The position numbers and the translations under genes were made by a program. Below the pieces are notes generated by a model. It saw only the letters and a program-made list of their open reading frames with translations, searched no databases and was not told the DNA's origin. Below are positions 27,436-39,220 of a stretch of DNA of 64,000 nucleotides, piece after piece. This DNA is from Eledone cirrhosa (taxonomy: Eukaryota): NCBI GenBank assembly GCA_964016885.1, contig OZ024742.1:232004001-232068000 (forward strand). The letters run 5' to 3'. Each line of letters begins with the position of its first letter. The first letter of the stretch is position 1.

Positions 27436-30400
27436 GACTGTGACAGTAATATCTGCGTACGCACCCCAATCCGGATTGCCTAGCGCTATAAAAGACAGAT
27501 TCTATGAGACACTGATGCTCACTACCTCCCAAATAACCGACAGTGACTATATAATTATTGCTGGACAACATTGTGACGGCTATGACGGAATCCATGTAGG
27601 CTATGGGTTTGGTACTAGAAATGAGGAAGGCTCCAGAATCCTGGAATTCTGTGACGCAAATAACCTAACTATCTGTAACACTAACTTCAAAAAACGAGAC
27701 AATCTCTTGATCACCTACAGATCAGGGGAACATACCAGCCAGGTAGATTATATCCTTACCAGAAGACGTGACAGAGTGTCTGTTGTAAACACTAAATCCC
27801 TCCCCCATGAAGAATGCACCTCTCAACATAGACTCATAATTAGCTACCTCATAGTCAGGACGAGACGTACTCGACAACAGAAGAGGACTATCCTCAGGAG
27901 AAAAATATGGAAGCTAAAGGACCCCACAGCCAGTAATAAATTTAAAAGCATATTACTTGATGCTTTCGCCAGTAAGGAAGAGCATTTAGAGTCGTACAAT
28001 ATAGAGGAACAGTGGGAATTCCTGAAAGCTAAACTGCTGAAGGCGGCAGATGAAGTCTGTGGATGGAGCAGGCCTATAGGCAGGAGGAGAGTAACATGGT
28101 GGTGGAACAGTAAGGTGGAGGGGTCAATTAAGGCCAAAAAGCAGGCTTGGAAAGTATGGCGGGATGGGGGAAGTAGAGAAGACTATCAAGTGGCCAGGAG
28201 GGAAGCTAGAAGACAAGTGTACTTCGCAAGAAGGGAAGCAGAGGAAAGAAAGTTCAAGCATGTTCTACAACGCGAGGACCAAAAACGTGAGGTGTTCAGG
28301 ATTGCTAGGCAATGTGTCAAGGAAAACCGTGATATTGTCGGAGAGAAGTGTGTCCTTAATGATGATGGTGTACTTGCCATCACTGACGCTGATAAGAAGG
28401 TAGCTTGGAAGTGTCACTACGAAAGGCTACTAAATGAGGATAATAAATGGGAGAAAGACAGTCTCCCCCACATCGATCCAATAGAGGGATCAGCAGTGTT
28501 AGTCGAAGGTAGTATAATAAGTAAGGCAATCAAAGATATGAAGACGGGTAAGGCGGCTGGGCCTGCGGAAATAGTTGCTGAAATGCTGAAAGCTTCTGGA
28601 ACGGTGGGACACACTATGGTCACCCGGATAGTAAACCAAGTCATACAGAATGGGGTTGTTCCGAAGGACTGGCGTAGCATCATCATCATTAACTGCTACA
28701 AGGGTAAAGGAGATGCCCTAGATAGGGGTAACTATAGAGGCATTAAATTAATCGACCAGGTCATGAAGGTCATGGAAAAAGTAATAGCGCAACTAATCAG
28801 AGAGAGAATTGATCTAGATGAAATGCAGTTCGGGTTTGTGTCAGGTAAAAGTACCACAGACGCTCTTTTCATTATACGACAACTACAGGAGAAGTACCTA
28901 GTTAAAAGTAAACCCCTATACTTAGCTTTTGTCGACTTGGAGAAAGCCTTTGACAGAGTACCCCGTTCCATTATCTGGTGGGCTCTTAGAAAACTAGGTG
29001 TTGATGAATGGCTTGTGAGAGCTATACAAGCCATGTATAAAGAAACAGTCAGCAAGGTTAGAATTAACAACGAATATAGTGAAGAGTTTAGCGTAAAAGT
29101 TGGTGTTCTTAGCCCCCTACTATTTATTATTGCCCTTCAGGCTATAACAGAGGAGTTCAAGACCGGCTGCCCATGGGAACTCCTATACGCAGATGATCTA
29201 ACGCTCATAGCTGAATCAATGGCTGAACTAGAGAAGAAATTCCAAACATGGAAGCATGGCCTAGAATCAAAAGGCCTTAAAATTAACCTGTCTAAGATTA
29301 AAGTTCTAGTTTGTAGGAAGGAAAATAGGGCACCGGTCCCATCCGGGAAATGGCCATGCTCAGTGTGTAGGAAAGGAGTAGGCAGAAACTCCATTTTATG
29401 TCCCAAATGCAAAGTATGGGTGCATAAAAGATGTAGTGGGATCACAGGTAAGCTAACTAAGAATATAGATTTTATATGTGGCCAGTGCTCTGGTGCAATA
29501 AGTAGCAGCAAGTGCCCACAGAATACTAACTCATTCCATCGCACAGATGGTTCTATAGAAATAGTGGACACCTTCCGTTACCTGGGTGACAAAATCAGCA
29601 GTGGTGGAGGGTGCTCTGAAAGTACAGTGGCTAGAGTCAGAACTGGATGGAAAAAGTTCAGAGAGCTTATACCACTATTAGCTGCTAAAGGGTTCTCTCT
29701 AAAAATGAAAGGTAGGCTGTATGATGCCTGCATACGAACAGCAATGTTACATGGCAGTGAGACCTGGGCATTGTGTGCAGAGGATATACGCAGACTGGAG
29801 AGGAACGAAGCTTGCATGCTCCGCTGGATGTGTAATAGAAATATACGTGAACGACAAAGCATAAACGAACTAAGAGAAAAATTAGAGGGATCAGATGTTG
29901 TTTACTCGAGAGAAGACTACGTTGGTACGGTCAGGTGATGCGCATGAAAGACGACAGCTGTATAAAAAAGTGCAGGGCAATAAAAATAGACGGTAGTCAC
30001 GGAGTAGGCAGACTCAGAAAAACCTGGGACGACTTGATAAATTCTGACCTCACACACTTACACCTCTCCAAGACAATGTCACTGGACCGAGATCTTTGGC
30101 GCTACACAGTAATACAGAAGACCCGCCTTACCTAAGTACAAAGTGAAACCTACTACAGTCAGTAGGCACTTCTAACAAAAATACACCCCATCCACACCAC
30201 CCCTTTCAATGTAAAGTTATGTTGGTACCACAACATCCAGTCCGAAACAAATGAGGTCGTGTAGGTGTCACGACAAAAAAACACACAGTCCACGCTGTAA
30301 TGTGGCCGTGTAGGTAACACGGTAAAAACCTCCCAGTCCACACTGTAAATGTGGTTGGTGTTAGGAAGGGCATCCAGCTGTAGAAAACCCGGCAGACAGT

Positions 30401-30509
30401 CCTATGCGAGCAAGACAACCACTCTTGCCTCAAGTGGGAAAACTCCCGTCCAAACCCATGCAAGCGTGGAAGATGGACGTTAAACGATGATGATAATGAT
30501 GATGATGAT
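27436..30509 (+). mobile_element. RTE-clade LINE, 5'-truncated, with 3' UTR and (GAT)n tail
   Basis: Contains the 832-aa EN-RT ORF, a frameshifted C-terminus (29935-30135) and a (GAT)n tail at 30486-30509. Confidence 0.95.
27440..29938 (+). pseudogene. RTE endonuclease/reverse transcriptase ORF (likely disabled) with embedded PHD-like finger
   Basis: ISAYAPQ, QVDYIL, SQHR (APE); NYRGIKL, QFGF, FVDLEKAFDRVP, LLYADD, FRYLG (RT). The GDFN and QGS motifs are deleted. Confidence 0.9.
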
Positions 30510-31820
30510 GTACAGTTAACACCTCTTGGGATCCTTTTCCAGTTAACTTTGTGGAAGTTTAAGCAGGAGAGAGACCAAGTGCTTCCTGTCTGCTGTATAT
30601 CTCCAGTCTTCCTCGGACTCTACATTACTAGTTCTATTGTGTTATGGTTGGAGAAAATCGTTAGTGTTACTTTCACATTGTGAATGAGTTTTCCATGTTA
30701 TTCATGAAGCAGAGATCCAGGGTATTCTCACCTCTTGTTGGGTGGAGTACGATTTATTCCAAGAAAAGCCTGTTTGTAAGGTCCAACAAGGATTCTGTCT
30801 GCCATTGTTCAAGTGCCGTCATTCCTGAGAGGGGGGCAGGAGCAATCGGGCCATTTGACCTTGGTGAGGTTAAAATCTCCCAGCAGCAGTATGTTGAGTC
30901 TATTATCTAGATTGATTAGTACTTCTTCCATCTTTCTGAGGCTATCTTCAAACTTGTCCTCATGACAAGGGGCGTCTGATGGTCAATATGTGACCCATAT
31001 TACCATTTTGAGTTGCTTTACATATACTATTAGTGCGTCACAGACAGAATTGGAATGTGACAACCATACTAATGATGTGATAGCTTCAAGGAGGTACAAA
31101 ACAATTCTACCATGAGTTCTCCCCCTCCTGTCAGTACGAAATACAACATACTTTGCTATGTGTATTTCTATGTGTATTTCTGCTATCCTAGCTGTCAGGT
31201 GAGTTTCAGTTAGTGCCATTCATATTGCTTGATTGCTTATAACTAGATCTCTTAGGTAGGGGATCTTACACATGTTGGTCAGTTTTACTAGGCCTCTTAC
31301 AATTAGTAGTAGCACTGGTGTGACATTTGGGGTGTTAGTGGTGGCTGTTGATGTTGCATTTGTGTGGGTATCAGTGGTGGCCACCCTGGGTCCTTTATTT
31401 GTTGTGGTCGTGAGTGTTGATGTGACTGACCTTGGCTTTGTATTTAATGAAGCCAAGTCAGCTGTCTCACAATCTTTTCTGCTATTTTTTAAAAAGACTG
31501 TTGTTCTGTAGCTACAGTCTGTACTGCTTTCACATACTGTCTCACCTTCATCAGGACAGTACGTGCAACCTCAGCATACTTCCTGGGCAATAACCCAGTG
31601 TGCTGTGTTGTTTGCTCATGTTGGTTTTGGCTGGAGTATTTGGGATGAGCAGGCTGGGTGCAGCTCACCTGGGGCGTGCAAAACTGTAGCCATTCCCAGC
31701 TTCCCCATGCCAGCAGGACCCTTTCTTATAGAACTTAAAAAGTAGTTAAGCTTTCTTTTTCCAAGGGTCTCTGTTTTTCCTAGTTCTAGTCTTCTTCACC
31801 TTAGCATTTGTCTACTGGTT
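30510..31820 (-). mobile_element. Degenerate CR1/Jockey-group LINE 5' fragment (endonuclease)
   Basis: LLIVRGL..., ALTETHL...YVVFRTDRRGRTHG.IVLYL, with many stops. Confidence 0.6.
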
Positions 31821-31853
31821 GCCACCTGTCTGTTTATTTACATTTTTCTTCTT

Positions 31854-31937
<84 letters not shown>

Positions 31938-32639
31938 TATGAAATGGAAATGCGGGTATACAGAATTTATTAGGTAACAATTGTTTCTATAGTGTATGGG
32001 TTACCTATACCTCGCTATTTGAATAATATAAAAATATTATCATAAACCGAAGGTACACTGTAAGCAAAAACACCATGTCGTCAGACCTTTGTATTGGAAT
32101 GATATGAAAATATTTTATACACTAGATAAAAGATAAAGAAGGAGGTAGGAAGAGAAGGGGAAGAGGGAAGTGAGTAAGGTGGAGGGAGTCTTAGGATTTA
32201 AGACTGTCAAACTAGTAGAGATTGTAAGGAGAGAATGTTTTGGCAGCAGTTAGCTTAATGAGGCGTGTTAGGGTTGGCGGGGGAAGTAAATTCTTCTAGT
32301 GGTGTTGTTCGGACAAAATTTAGTTAAAGGGGTCAAAGTGGTAGAGTGTCACAGACAAGTTATTGGGGCTATTATAGTAGCAGGTTATTTCTAAAGGGGT
32401 CCAGAAAACAGTGTTTAGTACTATTATTATAGAAAGCTATATCTTGTGTATAAACATATAAAACAAAAATTTGCAAACGGTGGTGTAAAAAGGTAACATT
32501 ATATGCATTTAAAAAAAGAAAAAGTCGTTTTCAAACGATGGTTACAGTATAGAGAACGTTCAATTTTGCTGTTCAAAAGTTTGTTTACCGACGTTAAAAT
32601 GCAGTATATCTCCAAATTGCATAACTTGCAGAATCGATG

Positions 32640-32700
<61 letters not shown>

Positions 32701-32703
<3 letters not shown>

Positions 32704-32915
32704 AGGCGTGTGGCTGAGTGTTCGCAATCGTAAGGTTGTGAGTTCGATTCCTGGACCAGGCGATGCGTTATGTTCTTGAGCAAGACACTTTATTTCACGT
32801 TGCTCCTTCTACCTGGAGTTGCGACCGATAGATAGTATTAGCAATTGGAAAGACCAACGGAAACATTGTTCCCTCGGTCCGATTTGACGAAAGTCGATCG
32901 TTCCTATATATCGTT
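32701..32915 (+). mobile_element. CORE-type tRNA-derived SINE inserted in (TA)n
   Basis: ggcgtgtggctgagtg...gagttcgattcc...gttcttgagcaagacactt; (TA)n on both flanks. Confidence 0.78.
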
Positions 32916-32988
<73 letters not shown>

Positions 32989-33261
32989 CAAAGGAATTGT
33001 GGTAAGGAACCAGATGGACCATAACGCACCAGAGTACTCAATACTTAGGGTAGTAGAGTGGGAAATAGGAAATGGTATGACCCCGTCGGGGTCATACCAT
33101 TTCCTATATATATATATATATTGTTATACTTTGGGTAGTAGAATAGGAAATGGTATAAGAAATACACGCACCAGTTGCTTTCACTTCAATTTATTATAAT
33201 AAATTTATAAATTTAGGAATTTGGTTGGTTGGTTCCACAACCAGATGGTTGTTTATATATT

Positions 33262-33304
33262 GTCAAAGTTCTTTCGTCACACATTCTGTGACCTCTTCAG
33301 TGAC
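33262..33304 (-). ncRNA. Minimal type I hammerhead-ribozyme-like motif (Penelope pLTR remnant)
   Basis: Minus strand GUCA-CUGAAGA-G-GUCACA(GAAUG)UGUGAC-GAAA-GAAC-UU-UGAC: core boxes plus stems I and II and a minimal stem III. Confidence 0.5.
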
Positions 33305-33364
33305 TGGGGATTCTTTTCTTTGTTTTTGTGCCTCTCCTTTGTTCTGTCCTACGCCATCTTGACG

Positions 33365-33419
<55 letters not shown>

Positions 33420-34268
33420 CATATATATATTTATTTTATATATTATATATATATGTATATATATGTGTGTGTGCTTATCTTAAAGAAATTTTAGAACTGC
33501 CCAAATCTTTGTGACCCAGTGCTTAATGCTCTCTGAGTCTGAGTACCATTTGTAATGACTATTTTTACCATCATTTACCATGGAAGCCCATAAAACGTTT
33601 ATTACATTTATCAGAATGATAGTGGACTCTGGTTGAGAAGTTTGCTTCACAATCATGGCATTCCAGGTTCAGTTTGACAGTGTGGCATGTTGAACAAATC
33701 TCTTTATCATAGCCGTGGGTCAGAGAGTTAAGATCAACTAGTTGAAGACATTATGACTGCTGGAGATTTAAATTACCAAAATTATGCTGCTGTTGACTGC
33801 ATAAGTCAAAAGTAACACTCTCCTAGCTTCTGTTTGAACTCATGCTTATATCCTTGTTGAATTTGACAGCTAAAGAAGTGAGTGATTGATGTGCTTTTAA
33901 TGAGGCAGAAATACTGAATTTGAATTGGCTGAATCCTCATTAAAAAAAAAAAAAACATTTTTGCAATATATCTTTGTTGACAAAAAACGAACAATATCGA
34001 AAAGTAGTGATTCATGCTCGAAAGATTCTTGAGTGGATCAAAAGTTAAGGTTTCACATCTCAGGGGAAAAATATGTTACATTAGTTATTGAGCTAATGTT
34101 GTTTTTCCTCCTAGCATAATTATTTTTGATATTGTATCAGAAGTTTATAAAGACCAAACGGTCACTCTTCATCCTCTTTCTTTATAGTTTCTGTTTGTTC
34201 CTGTATGATGATTCACCATTTTAATAGACATCATTTGTTTACTTTTCTTTTATATTTTTGTTTCATAG

Positions 34269-34406
34269 TCAGCTACACGAATTCAACATTACTGTTGAAA
34301 TGGTTTCCTATAAAAGCAGTACAAATAAGCAAGAATGTTGTTGATACACAATTCATAATGCAGCAAGTTTCTCAGTCTGAATGTGTAAACTTTGTTCGAC
34401 AAGAAG
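34269..34406 (+). CDS. Loop B/F/C exon (138 nt) of the same channel subunit
   Basis: Polypyrimidine tract plus tttcatAG, donor GTatag. Reads (F)SYTNSTLLLKWFPIKAVQISKNVVDTQFIMQQVSQSECVNFVRQE(G), which aligns by eye to GlyR FGYTMNDLIFEW...AVQV...LPQF...YC. Phase-compatible with both neighbouring exons. Confidence 0.88.
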
Positions 34407-34534
34407 GTATAGTAAATAAATTTAAATATTCTAATATTTTAATTTATTCAAATATATTGAAATATTTGAATATTTGAATTTATTCAAGTATTGAATTTAC
34501 TCAAATTGATTCGCTCAGTTTGTCATATTATGAG

Positions 34535-34750
34535 TTAACCCATTAACATTTAAACCAGCCGTATCTGGCCAGAATTCTCTCAACTCTGTCTATTTAAATT
34601 GGCCATAACTGGCCACTCATTCCGATGTTAGCGTATTGTTCTCAAAATAAATCATATCAAAATCTCATAGATTCGATATTATATGAGATAAAGGCTTTAC
34701 CACGAAAATACAATAGTAAATATAGAGTAATGTAAATGCTATAGGGTTAA
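34535..34750 (+). mobile_element. piggyBac-type MITE (~210 bp)
   Basis: TTAA-CCC...GGG-TTAA; same family as the 58841 copy. Confidence 0.75.
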
Positions 34751-35532
34751 ACAAAAACAGAAATGACAGTTGATTGCTAGTTACTATACTGAATTCTAAC
34801 TTAGGCACAAGGCCAGCAAATTTGAGAGGGAAGGCAAAATTGATTAAATCCCATCAAGGTCAACTTTGCCTTTCATCCATCTATAAAATAACACACTAAT
34901 AATGCATTGGGGTCAATTTAATCAACTTTCCCTTCTCTTCAAATTGCTGGCCTTCTGCCAAAAATAGAAACAACTATTATAAGGACGATGCATTAGCAGA
35001 ATCGTTAGAACATCTGACAAAGTGCTTTGCAGTATTAAGTTGCAACTTTCTATGATCTGAATTCAAATTCCACCGAGGTCAACTTTGTGTTTCATCCTTC
35101 TGAGGTTGGTAAAATAAAGCAAAGAAATGGGTTGATATAATCGACTTGGCACAAATTGCTGGTCTTCTACTAACATTAGAAAGCTTTTATAAGTAATACT
35201 TATTCCAGAACAGTAGATACAGCTCAGTCATACATCTTGTAACTGGCACAAAACCAATTTTTAGCCAGCTTAGTTAATTGAAAATACTTATATATGTAAC
35301 TGGTATTTGTTTTATCAGTCTCAAAAGGATGACAGGAAAAGTTATCCTATACAGATTTTACTGTTAACAGATTTGAAAGTTGAAGACAAAAAAATGAAAC
35401 ATCTATGTTTCTGTGGAACCTTTAGTGAATCTATTTATAGAGGCTCCTAACCTTGTTTGAAGGCAAGGGATGTTGTAATTGCTGTTGTGCTGGTGGTGTT
35501 ATTGTTGCCATTTGCAAACAAGTCTTACTTCT

Positions 35533-35655
<123 letters not shown>

Positions 35656-36279
35656 CTAAATACACCAATGAACAGTGGGCCTGCAACCTACACAGTTTTC
35701 ATGAGTGCTGTTATGAACATACGTCAGAAAATACTTTTGAAAATTCAAAAGAGCTGTAAAGCTGTTAACATCCTGTTCCACGTGAAACCACATCATCTAA
35801 TTTAAGAGATAAAACTCTAACTCCTTCCACTGTTATTATTTCCTGAGTTTTCTCCCTCACATTAAAGAGTTGCTAACTTCCTTGCTACACAAGTTTTTGC
35901 AGTATTTACTAATTGTGCTGTAATTTTCTGTTACCCTTTTCTAATAGAAATGGCATCAATAAAGCTAGGTGGTTAAAGCTCTAAGGGCAGTGATGAAAAG
36001 CCTAAGAAAGTTAGAGAAGTGCTTAGTCTCCAACAAAAGTTGTGAGTATTAGATCAGTTGAAAACCATATCAATAACCGGAGTAGCATAGAAATAGTGGG
36101 TGAGTCTAATATCTGTGTGATAAGACAAAGAAAACTAATGAAATTCACAGAAGTTTTAAGGCAGAGGTTCTCAAAGTGGGTGCTACAGGTCAACATTTCT
36201 GCTGGTAATGTTCTGCAAATGTAGTCTTTTATCTGCTCACTTCTAGCATTTTATTACAGAGAAAAAATCATCTACTTCA

Positions 36280-36540
36280 CTCCATGTTCTGCTGCACTTC
36301 AGGCTGAGGAGGGCAAACTCTCCAAGTACCGGTCGCTCTCCGACAGGTTTGCAGTCATGCCCCTAGCAGTGGAGACTTATGGTGTACTTGGCCCTAGAGC
36401 TACCTCTCTACTTATCACCATAAGCGCTGAGCTGGCTAGCCACTGGTGTGAGTTTTGTGAGATGGAATGGCTCTTCCAGTGCATCTCCCTTACCATCCTC
36501 TGGGGAAACGCCTTCTCCATTCTGTCCGCCAGGGCTGTGG
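36280..36540 (+). mobile_element. CRE-like non-LTR retrotransposon C-terminal REL endonuclease remnant
   Basis: AEEGKLSKYRSLSDRFAVMPLAVETYGVLGPRA...WLFQCISLTILWGNAFSIL matches the K..KY...F.P.AVET.G..G...QRIS..I.RGNA pattern. Confidence 0.65.
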
Positions 36541-36803
36541 GGCAGCCAGCACGTGGACCCCATTTGTTCATAATACAGAGAGATGGGGAGGACGAGAGAG
36601 ATGGAGGCAATGACAGTGGCAGTTCGGCTCTTCCGTATTCGGACCTGGTGTGCAGCATCAGTTGTCCGTAGGGAGGTAGTGGTTTGTACTTAGCGAAGGT
36701 TTTTAGAACCTTGTGTTTGCGATTCCTGTATGTATTATTATATGTTTGGGTTCAACATAATCCTGTTACATAATTCATTACAAAAGTCTTTCACATTTAT
36801 TTT

Positions 36804-36834
<31 letters not shown>

Positions 36835-36847
36835 ATTTATTTCTCAG

Positions 36848-37245
36848 GAAATCATAGCTGCCTTCAAGCAAACTTTCACCTGACTCGTAGTGTTGGATAT
36901 TATGTTGTTCAAATGTACATCCCAACTATACTTATTGTTGTACTATCCTGGTTGTCATTTTGGTTGAATGTTGGTTCAGTCCCAGGCCGTATATCTCTTG
37001 GTGTACTCACTGTTCTCACAACAACTACCCAAATATCGTCAGTCAATGCAGCTTTGCCCAGAGTCTCTTATACAAAAGCCATTGATATCTGGATGGCGAC
37101 ATGTTTACTATTTGTATTTGCTGCCCTCATTGAATTTGCTGTTGCAAATGTCTTAAGCAGGAAAGAAACAATGAATGGGTTTTTCTTTCAAAATGTTTAT
37201 TGCAAAGAAGACACTGAAAATAAACAGTCAAGCAACAAAACTGAG
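36848..37245 (+). CDS. M1-M3 transmembrane exon (398 nt) of the channel subunit
   Basis: Acceptor ttctcAG after a long pyrimidine tract, donor GTaact. Encodes YIPTILIVVLSWLSFW (M1), PGRISLGVLTVLTTTTQ (anion-type M2), LPRVSYTKAIDIW and M3. Lies within ORF 36730..37332. Confidence 0.96.
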
Positions 37246-38475
37246 GTAACTAAAAACATGTGTTATTTCTTTATGAATGTTGATCATCATCATCATCATC
37301 ATCATCGTTTCATGTCCATTTTTCCACGCTAGCATGGGTTAGACGAGTTGTCCTGTTGTGGGCTCATACAGAACTAATTTTGGCTTGGTTTCTACAACTG
37401 GATGCCCTTCCTAATGCCCAACTCATTTACAGTGAGTACTGAGTGCTTTTTGTCGTGACCCTTATACGACCACTTTACAGTGTGAACTGGGAGCTTTTTG
37501 TTGTGACACCTACATGACCACTTTACAGTGTGGGCTTGGCACTTTTTGCTGTGACACCATCATGACCACTTTACAGTGTGGGTTGGGGGCTTCACTGGAT
37601 CTATACTTTGGCCTCTGTTTATGGTGAGGCCGATAATGTTATTAGAACTCAATGTAGCCTTGAAGAGATGATTTCAGTATTATTAATCAGAGAGTCCTAT
37701 AGTTTTTGTGCTAGGTCATCACATAAGGTTTCCTTGAAGAAGAATCTGCCCAAGTTACAGAGTCATTTATATAGATGTGTATTGTCTGAGGAAGACCGTT
37801 GGATTGATCAGGAATTTCAAGAATAGAAACAGGTAGGAATGTAACCACTACCTGCTAGTCAATATATTGATCTACCATGATCAATGAACCCTCTGAAATG
37901 ATTGAAAAGCAATGAACTAATTAACTAACTATCTCTGACTTTTGTTTTATTTTCATTGTTCAATACACAAACACACACATACACGCACACACATACACAC
38001 ATGCATATATATGTATATATATATATATCCAGGGGGTGTAACTAGGAGTTACTGCAGGTTCACCCGGGAGAGCACTCGATGTTTAGGTTCACTTCTGTGA
38101 TGAGGTGTAGAGCTATACAGAGTGTACCACCACCATGACCACAACACACATCGCCATACGTCCATAAACTCTTCTCCCCCGCGTTCCATATGTCACCTTT
38201 TAACCTGTAACCCATCGCACTATTCGATCCTGTATATTTTTGTCGCTCACAACTCCACCACCACAAGACACAACTCCATACTTCATTAACACCGCCAACA
38301 CATACCTCCACTCCCGAACCAACGCAAGTGTGTGTGTCTGTGTGTAAGTATTTTTTAAATATACGGGCGTATAAATATGCGTGCGTGTACGCATATTTAT
38401 ATATTATATTTATATATATATATGTGTGTGCACATATATATATATATATGGCATAGGTTAATTAATTGCCTATAT

Positions 38476-39140
38476 GGCATAGGTTAATTATAACGCCCGC
38501 GAAAGTGAAAGTCAATTTCTGACAAGTGAATGTGTTTGTTTGTTTTTTGTTTTTTTTGTGAAATTTACGATAAACTCTTTGTTTATTTACAACAGGTCTC
38601 TATAGTGATATGGTGTTAATTAGTATTGCGTTTGTGATTATTTTCTCTTATATATATATGTGTGGGTGTGTATATGTGTGTATATATATGTGTGTCTGTA
38701 TGTATATATATATGTGTGTTTGTATATATATATGTGTTTGTGTCATCATCATCGTTTAGATGTCTTTGTAATATCTTGCCAAAGTTGGCACCAACTATAA
38801 ACAAATTAAGGCCGGGTCATAAGAAGGACAGAGAATGATAAGCGATTTGCGTAAAAACATCTAAACGATGATGATGACACAAACACATATATATATACAA
38901 ACACACATATATATATACATACAGACACACATATATATACACACATATACACACCCACACATATATATATAAGAGAAAATAATCACACACGCAATACTAA
39001 TTAACACCATATCACTATAGAGACCTGTTGTAAATAAACAAAGAGTTTATCGTAAATTTCACTGTAAAAAACAAAAACAAACACATTCACTTGTCAGAAA
39101 ATTGACTTTCACTTTCGCGGACGTTATAATTAACCTATGC

Positions 39141-39141
<1 letters not shown>
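38476..39141. repeat. Long foldback inverted repeat (arms 38476-38763 and 38857-39141, ~93-bp spacer) flanked by (TA)n
   Basis: Arms are near-perfect reverse complements, including their internal microsatellites. Confidence 0.92.

Positions 39142-39220
<79 letters not shown>

Noticed and set aside
27844-29862. Antisense ORFs over the RTE (and over the Dong, Tx1 and mariner copies)
   Set aside because: Shadow frames of transposon coding sequence.
36730-37332. 200-aa ORF read as a stand-alone single-exon gene
   Set aside because: Its N-terminal F/Y-rich part is the polypyrimidine tract and its C-terminal poly-His is a (CAT)n LINE tail; the true exon is 36848-37245.
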